Source: an uncultured bacterium (GTDB lineage Bacteria > Bacillota_I > Bacilli_A > RF39 > UBA660). Taken from it: a DNA stretch of 64,000 nucleotides. The position numbers were made by a program, and so were the translations under genes. Location: the NCBI GenBank assembly GCA_946643435.1, contig CAMPCD010000001.1, positions 4,908 through 68,907 on the forward strand, given 5' to 3'. Positions 9,823 to 18,782 of this stretch are shown in pieces; within the stretch, counting starts at the first letter, position 1; every line of letters begins with the position of its first letter. Below the pieces are notes generated by a model. That model ran no database searches. It was not told the DNA's origin and saw only the letters and a program-made list of their open reading frames with translations.

Positions 9823-10200
9823 ATGAAAATAATTAAAAGACATATCATATTATTTTTATTACTGATAGCTTACTTTATATTTGGTCACTTTACTCACCTA
9901 TATATTCCATGTCCAATACATACAATATTTCATGTATATTGTCCTGGATGTGGTGTTACTAGAATGTTAATAAGTATAATACATTTAGACTTTGTATCTG
10001 CATTTAGATACAATCAATTATTATTTATACTATTACCATTTGGTATAGCATTATATATAAACTATATATATTCGGTGATAATGAAGAAAAAAGCATGGTA
10101 TGAAAGAATACCAGTATGGGTATATTACCTAATTATTATTATATTATTAATATTTGGTGTAATAAGAAATATTATTCCTGCTCTTACACCAATAATATAA
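9823..10200 (+). CDS. DUF2752-like membrane protein
   Basis: CPIHT...CPGCGVTR motif followed by TM helices. No Shine-Dalgarno sequence; the ATG abuts a terminator-like hairpin. Confidence 0.55.
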   Translation: MKIIKRHIILFLLLIAYFIFGHFTHLYIPCPIHTIFHVYCPGCGVTRMLISIIHLDFVSAFRYNQLLFILLPFGIALYINYIYSVIMKKKAWYERIPVWVYYLIIIILLIFGVIRNIIPALTPII

Positions 10201-10230
10201 AAAGATAGTTTTTTTCAACTATCTTTTTTA
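10199..10230. terminator. Bidirectional intrinsic terminator
   Basis: AAAAGATAGTT-TTTTTC-AACTATCTTTTTT between convergent genes. Confidence 0.7.
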
Positions 10231-11271
10231 ATGTTTAACTATTACAGGTACTCCAACTGATGTGTTTTCGTATAAATATTCTGCGTCTTCATATTTAGTA
10301 TTTACACATCCATGAGAACCAATTTGATGTTTTTCTTCAGCTGTTTTATCAAAATCATCTAGAGGTCTCCAACCATGTTTAAATCCATTTGGATCAACAT
10401 GATAATCAGAATCATGAATATATATTTTTCTTTCTCCATCAAATGCTATCTTAAATGATACATATGATGCATAGTTTTCTCCTCTTAGTGTTTGATTTCT
10501 TTGCATAGCATATATTGGGAATACACCAACTGATGTTTCGTGTCCTTTTTTACCAGTTATAACTGATATAGTACGCACGTTGGTATTATCTTTATAATAG
10601 TTTAATACTTGTTCAGATAAATCGACAACTATTACTTCAGTTGGTAAATCTATACAATCACTTTTTAATACATTTCCACTGAAATCTATTGTTTTTACTT
10701 TATAAGTATTTCCCTCTTCACCATACACTTCACATACTTCATATTGTGGTAAAGTACCAAGTGTTTCTCCTTGTTCATTAAAAATTGGTGTATCATTATT
10801 AATATATACTAATTTTGTAATATCACTTTTATATATTGGTTCAGTTTCTTCTCTTACAAAGTCTTTAGATACATATGCTATATTGCCATTATAATAAACC
10901 ATATAGAATCCATCTACTTCACCTATTTTATATAATTTACAACCTTCACTTAAAACACCTAATGTATCTGATTCAAGATTAGAAGAGACTCTAATATTAA
11001 CATTAGAAGTAGCTCTTACAATAGGATTATATTCTGGTTCTTCATCTTCTTCTTCACAAAGATTAATTGCTTTATCAATAATTTCTATTTGGTCTAATTC
11101 TTCATTAGCTTCTATTTCTTTTTCTTCAGTTATTTCTCTAAATTGTTCATATGTTACTACAGGTGCAATTTCCATTGTTTCTGCTTTAGTTTCTTTTAAA
11201 CCACATGAAGTTAAAATTGTTGTAGCTAATGTTAAAGTTAAAACTCTATCAAATATTGTTAATTTTTTCAT
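10228..11271 (-). CDS. Lipoprotein L,D-transpeptidase (YkuD fold) with SH3b-like domain
   Basis: Lipobox LTSCG after a signal peptide (start at MKKLTIF). SH3-like VRVSSNLESDTLGVL segment. Catalytic motif GSHGCVN near the C-terminus. Confidence 0.8.
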   Translation of the reverse strand: MKKLTIFDRVLTLTLATTILTSCGLKETKAETMEIAPVVTYEQFREITEEKEIEANEELDQIEIIDKAINLCEEEDEEPEYNPIVRATSNVNIRVSSNLESDTLGVLSEGCKLYKIGEVDGFYMVYYNGNIAYVSKDFVREETEPIYKSDITKLVYINNDTPIFNEQGETLGTLPQYEVCEVYGEEGNTYKVKTIDFSGNVLKSDCIDLPTEVIVVDLSEQVLNYYKDNTNVRTISVITGKKGHETSVGVFPIYAMQRNQTLRGENYASYVSFKIAFDGERKIYIHDSDYHVDPNGFKHGWRPLDDFDKTAEEKHQIGSHGCVNTKYEDAEYLYENTSVGVPVIVKH

Positions 11272-11323
11272 GTCTAAACCCCTTTTGAACAATGAATATT
11301 ATATACCTTTTAATTTGTTTGTC

Positions 11324-11350
11324 AAAAAAAAGAATTACTTAAGTAATTCT
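11324..11350 (-). terminator. Intrinsic terminator after trxA
   Basis: Minus-strand GAATTACTT/AAGTAATTC stem overlapping the stop codon, followed by a T8 run. Confidence 0.7.
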
Positions 11351-11625
11351 TCTATATCTGTTTTAGATCCTACACCAATATGTCTCTTATATTCTTTTCC
11401 ATCTTTAAATGAAATAATACATGGAATAGACATAACCCCATAAGAGAATGCTAATTCATCTTCATCATCAGTGTTAACTTTATAAACAGTTTTATTTTTA
11501 CTAATTTCTTCCATAACTGGCATCATCATTTGACAAGGTCCACACCAATCAGCATAGAAATCAACTATACATTCTTCTTTTCCTTCAATTACTTTCTTTT
11601 CAAATTCTTCTTTAGTAATATTCAT
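11335..11625 (-). CDS. trxA: Thioredoxin
   Basis: 96 aa with the WCGPC active site. Confidence 0.9.
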   Translation of the reverse strand: MNITKEEFEKKVIEGKEECIVDFYADWCGPCQMMMPVMEEISKNKTVYKVNTDDEDELAFSYGVMSIPCIISFKDGKEYKRHIGVGSKTDIEELLK

Positions 11626-11626
11626 A

Positions 11627-12058
11627 TTAATCCTCCTTTATATTACCTAATATTTTATATAATGTCTTATATAAGTTTTCTGCTTCTTCTTTAGTTATAT
11701 TAACACATCCAGCTACACATCCAGGAATGTTTTTACACATGTCCTGTAATTCCAAGCCTTTTTCAGTTACTTTAACTATTAAGTTTCTTTCATCACTAGA
11801 TAATCTATTTCTTTCAACATATCCTTTACTTTCTAGTTTCTTTAATAATGGTGTTAAAGTACCAGAGTCTAAGAATAATTTATTTCCTAATTCTTTAACA
11901 TTTATTTCTTTTACTTCCCACATAACCATCATAGTTATATATTGAGTATATGTTAGATCTATATCTTTAAGATATGGAGTATATAATCTAACTATTTCCT
12001 TAGATGCAGCATATAAAGGAAAACATATTTGATTTTCTAGTTTTAGTTCATTATTCAT
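11627..12058 (-). CDS. MarR-family peroxide-sensing repressor (OhrR-like)
   Basis: 143 aa with a winged-helix MarR layout. An N-terminal reactive Cys lies in the QICFPLY context typical of OhrR. Confidence 0.75.
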   Translation of the reverse strand: MNNELKLENQICFPLYAASKEIVRLYTPYLKDIDLTYTQYITMMVMWEVKEINVKELGNKLFLDSGTLTPLLKKLESKGYVERNRLSSDERNLIVKVTEKGLELQDMCKNIPGCVAGCVNITKEEAENLYKTLYKILGNIKED

Positions 12059-12524
12059 TTATTAATTCACCTATCTTTTCATCGATTTGTTCTGGTGTAG
12101 TAGTTGGTAAATATCTTTCAACAACATTACCTTCTCTATCAACTAAAAATTTTTCAAAATTCCATTTAATATTACTTAATAAACCATGTTTTTGTTTCTT
12201 TAAATATTTATATAATGGAACAGCATTCTTACCATTTACATCAATCTTCTTTAATTGATCAAATGTAGTTTTATAATTAGCAGTACAGAATTCATGTATT
12301 TGATTATCATCTCCAGGAGCTTGATGACCAAATTGATTACAAGGAAAATCTAATATCTCTAAACCTTTATCATGGTATTTCTTATATAAATTTTCTAATC
12401 CTTCATATTGTGGAGTAAAACCACATCCTGTAGCTGTATTAACTATTAATACAACCTTTCCTTTTAATTCAGATAAATCATATTCAGATCCATCTCTTCT
12501 TTTTACTTTATAATCATATATCAT
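12051..12524 (-). CDS. gpx: Glutathione peroxidase-family thiol peroxidase
   Basis: Motifs VNTATGCGFTPQY, FPCNQFGHQAPG and WNFEKFLV. Confidence 0.9.
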   Translation of the reverse strand: MIYDYKVKRRDGSEYDLSELKGKVVLIVNTATGCGFTPQYEGLENLYKKYHDKGLEILDFPCNQFGHQAPGDDNQIHEFCTANYKTTFDQLKKIDVNGKNAVPLYKYLKKQKHGLLSNIKWNFEKFLVDREGNVVERYLPTTTPEQIDEKIGELINE

Positions 12525-12592
12525 AAAATTATTTTCTCCTTTAATTAATTGTATACAATCTAATTATAATCAACTGATTTATAAATGTCAAT

Positions 12593-12615
12593 AAAAAAAG
12601 AGTATTTCTACTCTT
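12593..12615 (-). terminator. Intrinsic terminator
   Basis: Minus-strand AGAGTA-GAAA-TACTCT followed by T7, immediately after the stop at 12616. Confidence 0.7.
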
Positions 12616-13800
12616 TTAGTCAACTAATGTAGTTCTAAGTGAATAAATAGTACCATCTATTTCAGCATATAAAGCTTTATTTCCCATGAATTGTTGTCTA
12701 ATTATTCCTTTAGTATCCATATTATATGCATATAAGTGTCCTTCACTTGTAACTATTAATAATTTACCAGGTTTATCAATCTTATAACCTATAAAGTCTT
12801 CCATGTATGAAATTGCATATTCTCCTTTATACGTATCAGCTTTAATTAATTTATCTTCATACTTATCTATATCTAATTCATTAATAACAGGATCATATGA
12901 ATCATTTGATACTACATCATCGAAAGTATAATTACTTATCATATCTGAATATAGATAATATGATGAACCAACGAAGTCTATTAAGTCACCCGATATATTT
13001 GGTTCATAGTTTATTTCATTTGTATTAGATGTTATATATGATATTCTTCCCATATAATCAATATCTAATCTTAAATCATTTGGTACATCTTTAGTTTGAT
13101 TATAAGCTATAGACATCTTATTCTTATATAATGTTAATCCACCTATATAATCAAATGATATATAACTAATCATATTACCAAGTCTATCAAAACCTCTTAA
13201 CTTAGAATCATTTTCATTTACATTTCCTACCATATAATAAATATCATTCTTACCTATTTGAGATTTAACATCAAATGAATAAATGTTATTATCATATGCT
13301 TCTATTTGTAAATCAAAACTATGAGTTGAACCATCTTCTAATTTTAAAGTAATAGTATTTAATGAATCAGAATATAATCCATATAAAGGAATTATATGAT
13401 ATTTACTTCTTTCAACTTTAGTTTTTACTTCATCATTAATAGAAACTTCTACTCTAGTTTCTTCTTCTGTATTAAATATAATTACAGCTGTTAATGGATT
13501 AAGTTTATATGGATTCTTAATTACACATGGATCATCAAATTTAAAATCACCATTTATAGATAATTCTTTAATCTTTTCATCCATTTCTCTTTGCTCTTTT
13601 AAAATATTTCTTAAATTATTATTTATCTTAGTATTATATTTAGAAAAGAACTTATATGAAGGTGCAGTTAGTTTCATTCCAAAGAATGTAACGAATACCA
13701 TACCTATAATAAAAATTATTAATATAGCTGCCATCATAATAGGTGATACATCATTATTAACATTATTTATTGTTTTTTTCCTTGTTTTCTTCTTAGCCAT
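12616..13800 (-). CDS. N-terminally anchored extracytoplasmic protein, beta-rich, unknown function
   Basis: Start at MAKKKTRKK (AGAGGGA RBS). One TM helix, then about 330 aa rich in Y/D/N/S. It has its own TTTACT-17-TATAAT promoter downstream of the 13862-13892 terminator. Confidence 0.6.
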   Translation of the reverse strand: MAKKKTRKKTINNVNNDVSPIMMAAILIIFIIGMVFVTFFGMKLTAPSYKFFSKYNTKINNNLRNILKEQREMDEKIKELSINGDFKFDDPCVIKNPYKLNPLTAVIIFNTEEETRVEVSINDEVKTKVERSKYHIIPLYGLYSDSLNTITLKLEDGSTHSFDLQIEAYDNNIYSFDVKSQIGKNDIYYMVGNVNENDSKLRGFDRLGNMISYISFDYIGGLTLYKNKMSIAYNQTKDVPNDLRLDIDYMGRISYITSNTNEINYEPNISGDLIDFVGSSYYLYSDMISNYTFDDVVSNDSYDPVINELDIDKYEDKLIKADTYKGEYAISYMEDFIGYKIDKPGKLLIVTSEGHLYAYNMDTKGIIRQQFMGNKALYAEIDGTIYSLRTTLVD

Positions 13801-13861
13801 ATATAATCCCTCTATTCTATAAAAATTATAACAACACAATATAAAAAAGTAAATACAACCA

Positions 13862-13892
13862 CAAAAAAACTCTGGCCTGATAAACCAAAGTT
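13862..13892 (-). terminator. Intrinsic terminator of the 13862-14148 transcript
   Basis: Minus-strand ACTTTGG-TTTATCAGG-CCAGAGT (one G-U pair) followed by T7. Confidence 0.65.
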
Positions 13893-14148
13893 TTTTGAGT
13901 TTTTTAGTGAATAAACATAAATAATAATTATCAGTTACTATCCATATCTTGCAACTTTAAAATAGAGTATCTTTCTCTAATATGATCATATACTAAGTAA
14001 CAGTTACAACCTCTTGGCATTCTTCAATAGGATGAAACGAACTGAATTGAACTAAATCAAGACATCATTTACTTTCCTAACAAGATAAAATATAAAGTAA
14101 TTAATCATACTAATAAATTATCTTTTAAATAACATTTAACTTACTTAG
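13862..14148 (-). ncRNA. Candidate sRNA of about 285 nt (possibly 6S-like), class unknown
   Basis: Lies between a perfect consensus promoter and an intrinsic terminator, with no ORF carrying an RBS. A 12-bp long-range helix (ATACTAAGTAA near the 5' end with TTACTTAGTAT about 175 nt downstream) closes a domain of about 190 nt. Confidence 0.45.
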
Positions 14149-14155
14149 TATCTTC

Positions 14156-14184
14156 ATTATATACTTATATAACATCCTTGTCAA
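14156..14184 (-). promoter_or_regulatory. Perfect consensus sigma-A promoter (TTGACA-17 nt-TATAAT)
   Basis: -35 at 14179-14184 and -10 at 14156-14161 on the minus strand, counted base by base. It abuts the topB stop codon. Confidence 0.75.
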
Positions 14185-16269
14185 TCATTTAAATAAAAAA
14201 TTTATTTTTTTATTTTCAAGTGTCAACATAGCACTAAATTCCTTGCCTTGTTTCGACGTAAAACCGTTAATCAAATCTGTTTTTCCATCTTTAATTAACT
14301 TGTCAAATATATCTTTTGTTATATATTTTTTACAAATATAATAATTAATATTAAACTTACATTCTTTATAATCTTCACATGCATATGAATATTTTGTTAT
14401 TTTCATATTCTTTCCACAGTAAGGGCATGTACCAACTACATCACCAAAGAAAGGAGTTTCATCTTTTTTATCAAAAACTTCACTTATTTCTTTTTCAGCA
14501 AGTTTAACTGAATCATCAACTGTTATCTCATCATGGAATACTTTCTTTAAAGCTTTACCTAATTCAGATGTTTTATATTTATCCATCGATATACCCATAT
14601 GTATTAAAGACTCAATTAAGTATTCACCATCAGGTAAGATGTAATATACATCTTTCTTTAATTCTATATATTTACTCTTACGAGCATTATCAATAATACC
14701 CGTTCTTGTGGCTTCAGTACCTAATTCTAATCCTTCAAATATAGCTTTATATTCTTCTACATCATCTATTTCTTCATTAGTGTCTTCTTCTAATTTCTTT
14801 TTGTCTTCTTTAAATGGATTCTTTAAATAATTATTTAATGTTTCAATTGTATAGTGTTTAGGTGGTGTTGTTTCTTTTTCTTTAGGCTTAAAGATATGAT
14901 TTACCTTATCACCTATATTTAAGTTAGGTAATATCTTATCTTTTGAATTTGGTTCTTCATATTTAGTCCAACCTGGTTCAAGTATCATCATACCCTTTAA
15001 ATTAAATTCTTCATAATCACCAACCATGATTTTAATTTCAGTCTTTTGAACAATACATTCATTTGCACAGAAGACTGCTACAAATCTTTTAAATACAGTT
15101 TGATATACAATTCTTTCTTCTTCAGATAAATTCTTAGGATCAGGAATCTTATATGTAGGAGTTAATGCTGAGTGTGATTCAATCTTACTATCATCAAAGA
15201 TAGTCTTCTTATCAATAAACTTAACAGGATAACCTATTTCTTTAATATTATTGATAATCTTTTTAATCTTATCTTTTTCAGCAACTGCTAAATATTCTGA
15301 ATTTGTTCTTGGGTAAGTTAAGAAACCTTTTTCATATAATCCTTGAGTAATAGCTAATGATTTTTCCATACTCATTTTATATTTCTTACCTAAATAATTT
15401 TGTAACTTAGTTAACGAGAATAACTTAGGAGGATTCATGCTATCCTTCTTTTGTTTTTTTTCTGTAACAATAGCATCTGCCTCATTATATTTTTTACATA
15501 ACTCTAAAGCTTTATTTTGTTCATTCTTATCAAACTTTTCTTTAGAATTCAATTCCACATATTCACCATTAGTTATTTCATTAGATGTTATTCCATAATA
15601 GATTTCAGATACAAAGTTCCTTATAGCCATATCTCTATCATATATAGCTTTTACTATTGGTACTATTACTCTACCTACTCTTAATAATGTACCTGTCTTT
15701 AAAGTAGCATATCTAGTTAAGTTGACTCCATATAACCAATCTATATATGTACGTGCAAATCCTTCATTAGCAAGATTATCATATTCCTTATCTTCTTTTA
15801 AATCACTTAAACCTTCTTTAATAGTTTCAGGTGTTTGATCTGGTAACCATAATCTTGTTTTAAGTTTATTCTTATCTTCAAGTGCATTAATAATTATTAA
15901 TCTTACTATAACTTCACCTTCACGGTCAGCATCGCCTGCATTAATAATGTTATCAACATCATCTCTATTGATAAGACTTTTAATTATGTTAAATTGTTTT
16001 TCTATACCTTTATCTACTTGTTTAGTAGCATCCTTCTTTAAATTAAATTTAAAAGTATCTGGATAACATGGAATATTCTTCATACTCCATTTACCATCAC
16101 CTTCATATCCGTGATAATCCTCTATATCAGCTAAAGTAAATAAATGACCAAATACATAAGTTACTATATACTCATCATTGATGTAATATCCTTGTTGTTG
16201 TTTCATATTACCAATTGCAGCAACTATATTACGTGCTAAACTTGGTTTTTCAGCAATAATAGCTTTCAT
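14185..16269 (-). CDS. topB: DNA topoisomerase III (type IA)
   Basis: Toprim start MKAIIAEKPS, DADREGE, active-site LTYPRTNSEYL, and C-terminal Cys-rich zinc ribbons (CPYCGKNMK, CEDYKECKF). Confidence 0.9.
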   Translation of the reverse strand: MKAIIAEKPSLARNIVAAIGNMKQQQGYYINDEYIVTYVFGHLFTLADIEDYHGYEGDGKWSMKNIPCYPDTFKFNLKKDATKQVDKGIEKQFNIIKSLINRDDVDNIINAGDADREGEVIVRLIIINALEDKNKLKTRLWLPDQTPETIKEGLSDLKEDKEYDNLANEGFARTYIDWLYGVNLTRYATLKTGTLLRVGRVIVPIVKAIYDRDMAIRNFVSEIYYGITSNEITNGEYVELNSKEKFDKNEQNKALELCKKYNEADAIVTEKKQKKDSMNPPKLFSLTKLQNYLGKKYKMSMEKSLAITQGLYEKGFLTYPRTNSEYLAVAEKDKIKKIINNIKEIGYPVKFIDKKTIFDDSKIESHSALTPTYKIPDPKNLSEEERIVYQTVFKRFVAVFCANECIVQKTEIKIMVGDYEEFNLKGMMILEPGWTKYEEPNSKDKILPNLNIGDKVNHIFKPKEKETTPPKHYTIETLNNYLKNPFKEDKKKLEEDTNEEIDDVEEYKAIFEGLELGTEATRTGIIDNARKSKYIELKKDVYYILPDGEYLIESLIHMGISMDKYKTSELGKALKKVFHDEITVDDSVKLAEKEISEVFDKKDETPFFGDVVGTCPYCGKNMKITKYSYACEDYKECKFNINYYICKKYITKDIFDKLIKDGKTDLINGFTSKQGKEFSAMLTLENKKINFLFK

Positions 16270-16316
16270 TTATTCACCTACTTTCTTTTTATACAAGTAT
16301 TATCTATTATACCATA

Positions 16317-17252
16317 TCACTTTAAAGGAATATAACATTCTTTAATTAAAAAATCATATATTTCTTTCTTCTTATTTGTTTCATAATAATTAATTAATAA
16401 ATCTTTATATTTATTAGAATTATCTGCATCTATTATTAATAAACCTTTTCCGTGTGATATTAAATAATGGTTAGCTATAATTAATGCTGTTCTTTTATTT
16501 CCATCTTTAAATATTTGAGTCTTACATATATATAGTAATAGATCTATAGCTATATCAGCTTTAGATTTATTAGAGTTAATAATATGATTTATATCATCTA
16601 TTATATTTTCTTTATTAGGTAATATTGGTAACCATTTAGTACCACTTATCTTAACTGGTGTACTTCTTATAACTCCTGCATCATAATAAAAATTAGATTC
16701 AACTATTTTATTAACATTAGATATTAAATCAAATGTTGTAGTTAGAGTTAATATATATTCATTTAATATAAAATCCCAAGCTCTTTTTAGATTTGTTATT
16801 TTAAGTACAGCTTCCTGATTCATATTTCTAACTTTGCCATTTTCAATTAATTCTTCAGTATCTAAATATGTTGTAGCAATACCTTCGACTATTGATTGAT
16901 CGTATATCATATTAACAATATTAGACTTAGCGAAATCAACATTTAACCCATACTTAAAATCTTTTATACTTTCATATACCTTAAAACTATTTAACTTATT
17001 ATTAATAGTTCTTAATCTCTTTTTAATTTCTTTTGCTTTGATATTATTATTAATAATTAAATTATATAAATCATCAGAATATTCTCCTACATATTTAGTT
17101 AAAGTTATTCCATTATCTCGGTAATGAGAATAAATATATTTTCCATCCTTACTTTCTCTTACTTCAACTGAACCGTAAATAAGTTTATCTAATTCTTGTT
17201 CTAGTGTTTGCTTTTCTCGCATTAACACAATTATTTCTTCACTAGTGCTCAT
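16317..17252 (-). CDS. Fic/Doc-family protein with a variant active-site motif (QIFKDGNKRTA)
   Basis: 311 aa. The C-terminal motif Q-I-F-K-D-G-N-K-R-T-A matches the Doc-type HxFx(D/N)(A/G)NKR except that His is replaced by Gln (codon CAA at 16515-16517). Confidence 0.7.
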   Translation of the reverse strand: MSTSEEIIVLMREKQTLEQELDKLIYGSVEVRESKDGKYIYSHYRDNGITLTKYVGEYSDDLYNLIINNNIKAKEIKKRLRTINNKLNSFKVYESIKDFKYGLNVDFAKSNIVNMIYDQSIVEGIATTYLDTEELIENGKVRNMNQEAVLKITNLKRAWDFILNEYILTLTTTFDLISNVNKIVESNFYYDAGVIRSTPVKISGTKWLPILPNKENIIDDINHIINSNKSKADIAIDLLLYICKTQIFKDGNKRTALIIANHYLISHGKGLLIIDADNSNKYKDLLINYYETNKKKEIYDFLIKECYIPLK

Positions 17253-17268
17253 AATATCACCTTCTTAC

Positions 17269-17310
17269 ATGTGAAACTTTTTTATGATTATCTCTTTTTT
17301 TGTTTCACAT
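17269..17310. promoter_or_regulatory. 9-bp inverted repeat ATGTGAAAC-N24-GTTTCACAT upstream of the fic-topB operon
   Basis: Perfect arms at 17269-17277 and 17302-17310. The proximal arm ends 16 nt from the Fic-like start codon. Confidence 0.4.
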
Positions 17311-17324
17311 ATATGATAACATAT

Positions 17325-17355
17325 AAAAAAAGAGAATACAACTAATATTGTATTC
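17325..17355 (-). terminator. Intrinsic terminator after proS
   Basis: Minus-strand GAATACA-N8-TGTATTC overlapping the stop, then CTCTTTTTTT. Confidence 0.65.
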
Positions 17356-18766
17356 CCCAAATAACATGATGCTTAGCTTCTTTACCACAGCATACACATT
17401 TATCATCTATTCTTTCTCCATCTTCCACTATACAACGAGACTTACAACCTTTAATCTCTTTAATCCTGTTCTCACAAGCTTCATCTCCACACCACATAGC
17501 ATGAATAAATCCTGGTTGAGTATTTAAGATTCTTTCCATATCTTCTAAGTTATGAGCTTCAAAAGTTAATTTATCTCTTCTTTCTTTAGCTCTATCATAC
17601 ATATCTCTTTGAATAGTATCTAATAATACTTTTACATATGTAACTATATCTGTATCAGCTTCAGTAGTAAGTTTTTCTCTTGTATCTCTTCTAGCTACTG
17701 TTATTTTATTTTCAGCTAAATCTCTTGCACCTACTTCAATTCTTACAGGTATACCATTTACTTCTGCTTCAGCAAATTTAAATCCTGGAGATTTATCTGT
17801 ATTATCAATATAACAATCAATACCTGCTCTAGATAATTTATCTTTATATTCATTACATAACTTATCTACTTTTTCATCATCACCAATTGGAATAATTACT
17901 ACTTGCTTAGGAGCGATTCTTGGAGGAAGAACTAAACCATAGTCATCAGAATGAACCATGATTAATCCACCAATCATTCTTGTAGTTGTTCCCCATGATG
18001 TTTGATATACATATTCTTGTTTATTATCTTTATTTAAAAATTTAACATCATATGCTTTAGCAAACTTTTGACCAAAGTAATGAGAAGTACCTGATTGTAA
18101 TGCTACACCATTATACATTAATGCTTCATTAGTTAATGTATATTCAGCACCTGCAAACTTTTCTTTTTCAGTCTTAACACCAGTTACAGATGGAATAGCA
18201 AGTATTTCATGATGGAACCATCTATATACTTCCATCATTTGATCAGTTTCTTTTTTGGCTTCTTCTTCTGTAGCATGAATTGTATGTCCTTCTTGCCACC
18301 AGAACTCTCTAGATCTTAAGAATGGTCTAGTTTCTTTTTCCCATCTAACTACATTACACCATTGATTATATAATTTAGGTAAATCTCTATATGATGAAAT
18401 ATGATCTTTATAATAATCACAGAATAATGTTTCTGATGTAGGTCTAAAAGCTAATCGTTCTTCTAAGTCTTTTGAACCACCTTGAGTAACCCATGCAACT
18501 TCAGGAGCAAAACCTTGAACAAGTTCTCCTTCTTTCTTAAGCAAGTTTTCAGGAATAAATACTGGCATTGCTACATTAACATGTCCTAATTCCTTAAACT
18601 TCTTATCTAATATTTCTTGCATCTTTTCCCAAATAGCATAACCATTAGGTTCAATTACCATACAACCTTTTACTGATGAGTAATCACATAACTTAGCAGC
18701 TCTTACTACGTCTGTATACCATTGAGCAAAATCTTTATCTCTTTCTGTAATTGCTTTATTTCCCAT
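17342..18766 (-). CDS. proS: Prolyl-tRNA synthetase, archaeal/eukaryotic-like type
   Basis: 474 aa with class II motifs (FRPTSET, RSREFWWQEGHT, TSWGTTTR) and a C-terminal Cys-rich domain ending WGIQY. No bacterial INS editing insertion. Confidence 0.95.
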   Translation of the reverse strand: MGNKAITERDKDFAQWYTDVVRAAKLCDYSSVKGCMVIEPNGYAIWEKMQEILDKKFKELGHVNVAMPVFIPENLLKKEGELVQGFAPEVAWVTQGGSKDLEERLAFRPTSETLFCDYYKDHISSYRDLPKLYNQWCNVVRWEKETRPFLRSREFWWQEGHTIHATEEEAKKETDQMMEVYRWFHHEILAIPSVTGVKTEKEKFAGAEYTLTNEALMYNGVALQSGTSHYFGQKFAKAYDVKFLNKDNKQEYVYQTSWGTTTRMIGGLIMVHSDDYGLVLPPRIAPKQVVIIPIGDDEKVDKLCNEYKDKLSRAGIDCYIDNTDKSPGFKFAEAEVNGIPVRIEVGARDLAENKITVARRDTREKLTTEADTDIVTYVKVLLDTIQRDMYDRAKERRDKLTFEAHNLEDMERILNTQPGFIHAMWCGDEACENRIKEIKGCKSRCIVEDGERIDDKCVCCGKEAKHHVIWGIQY

Positions 18767-18782
18767 TTATATTTCCTCCTTA

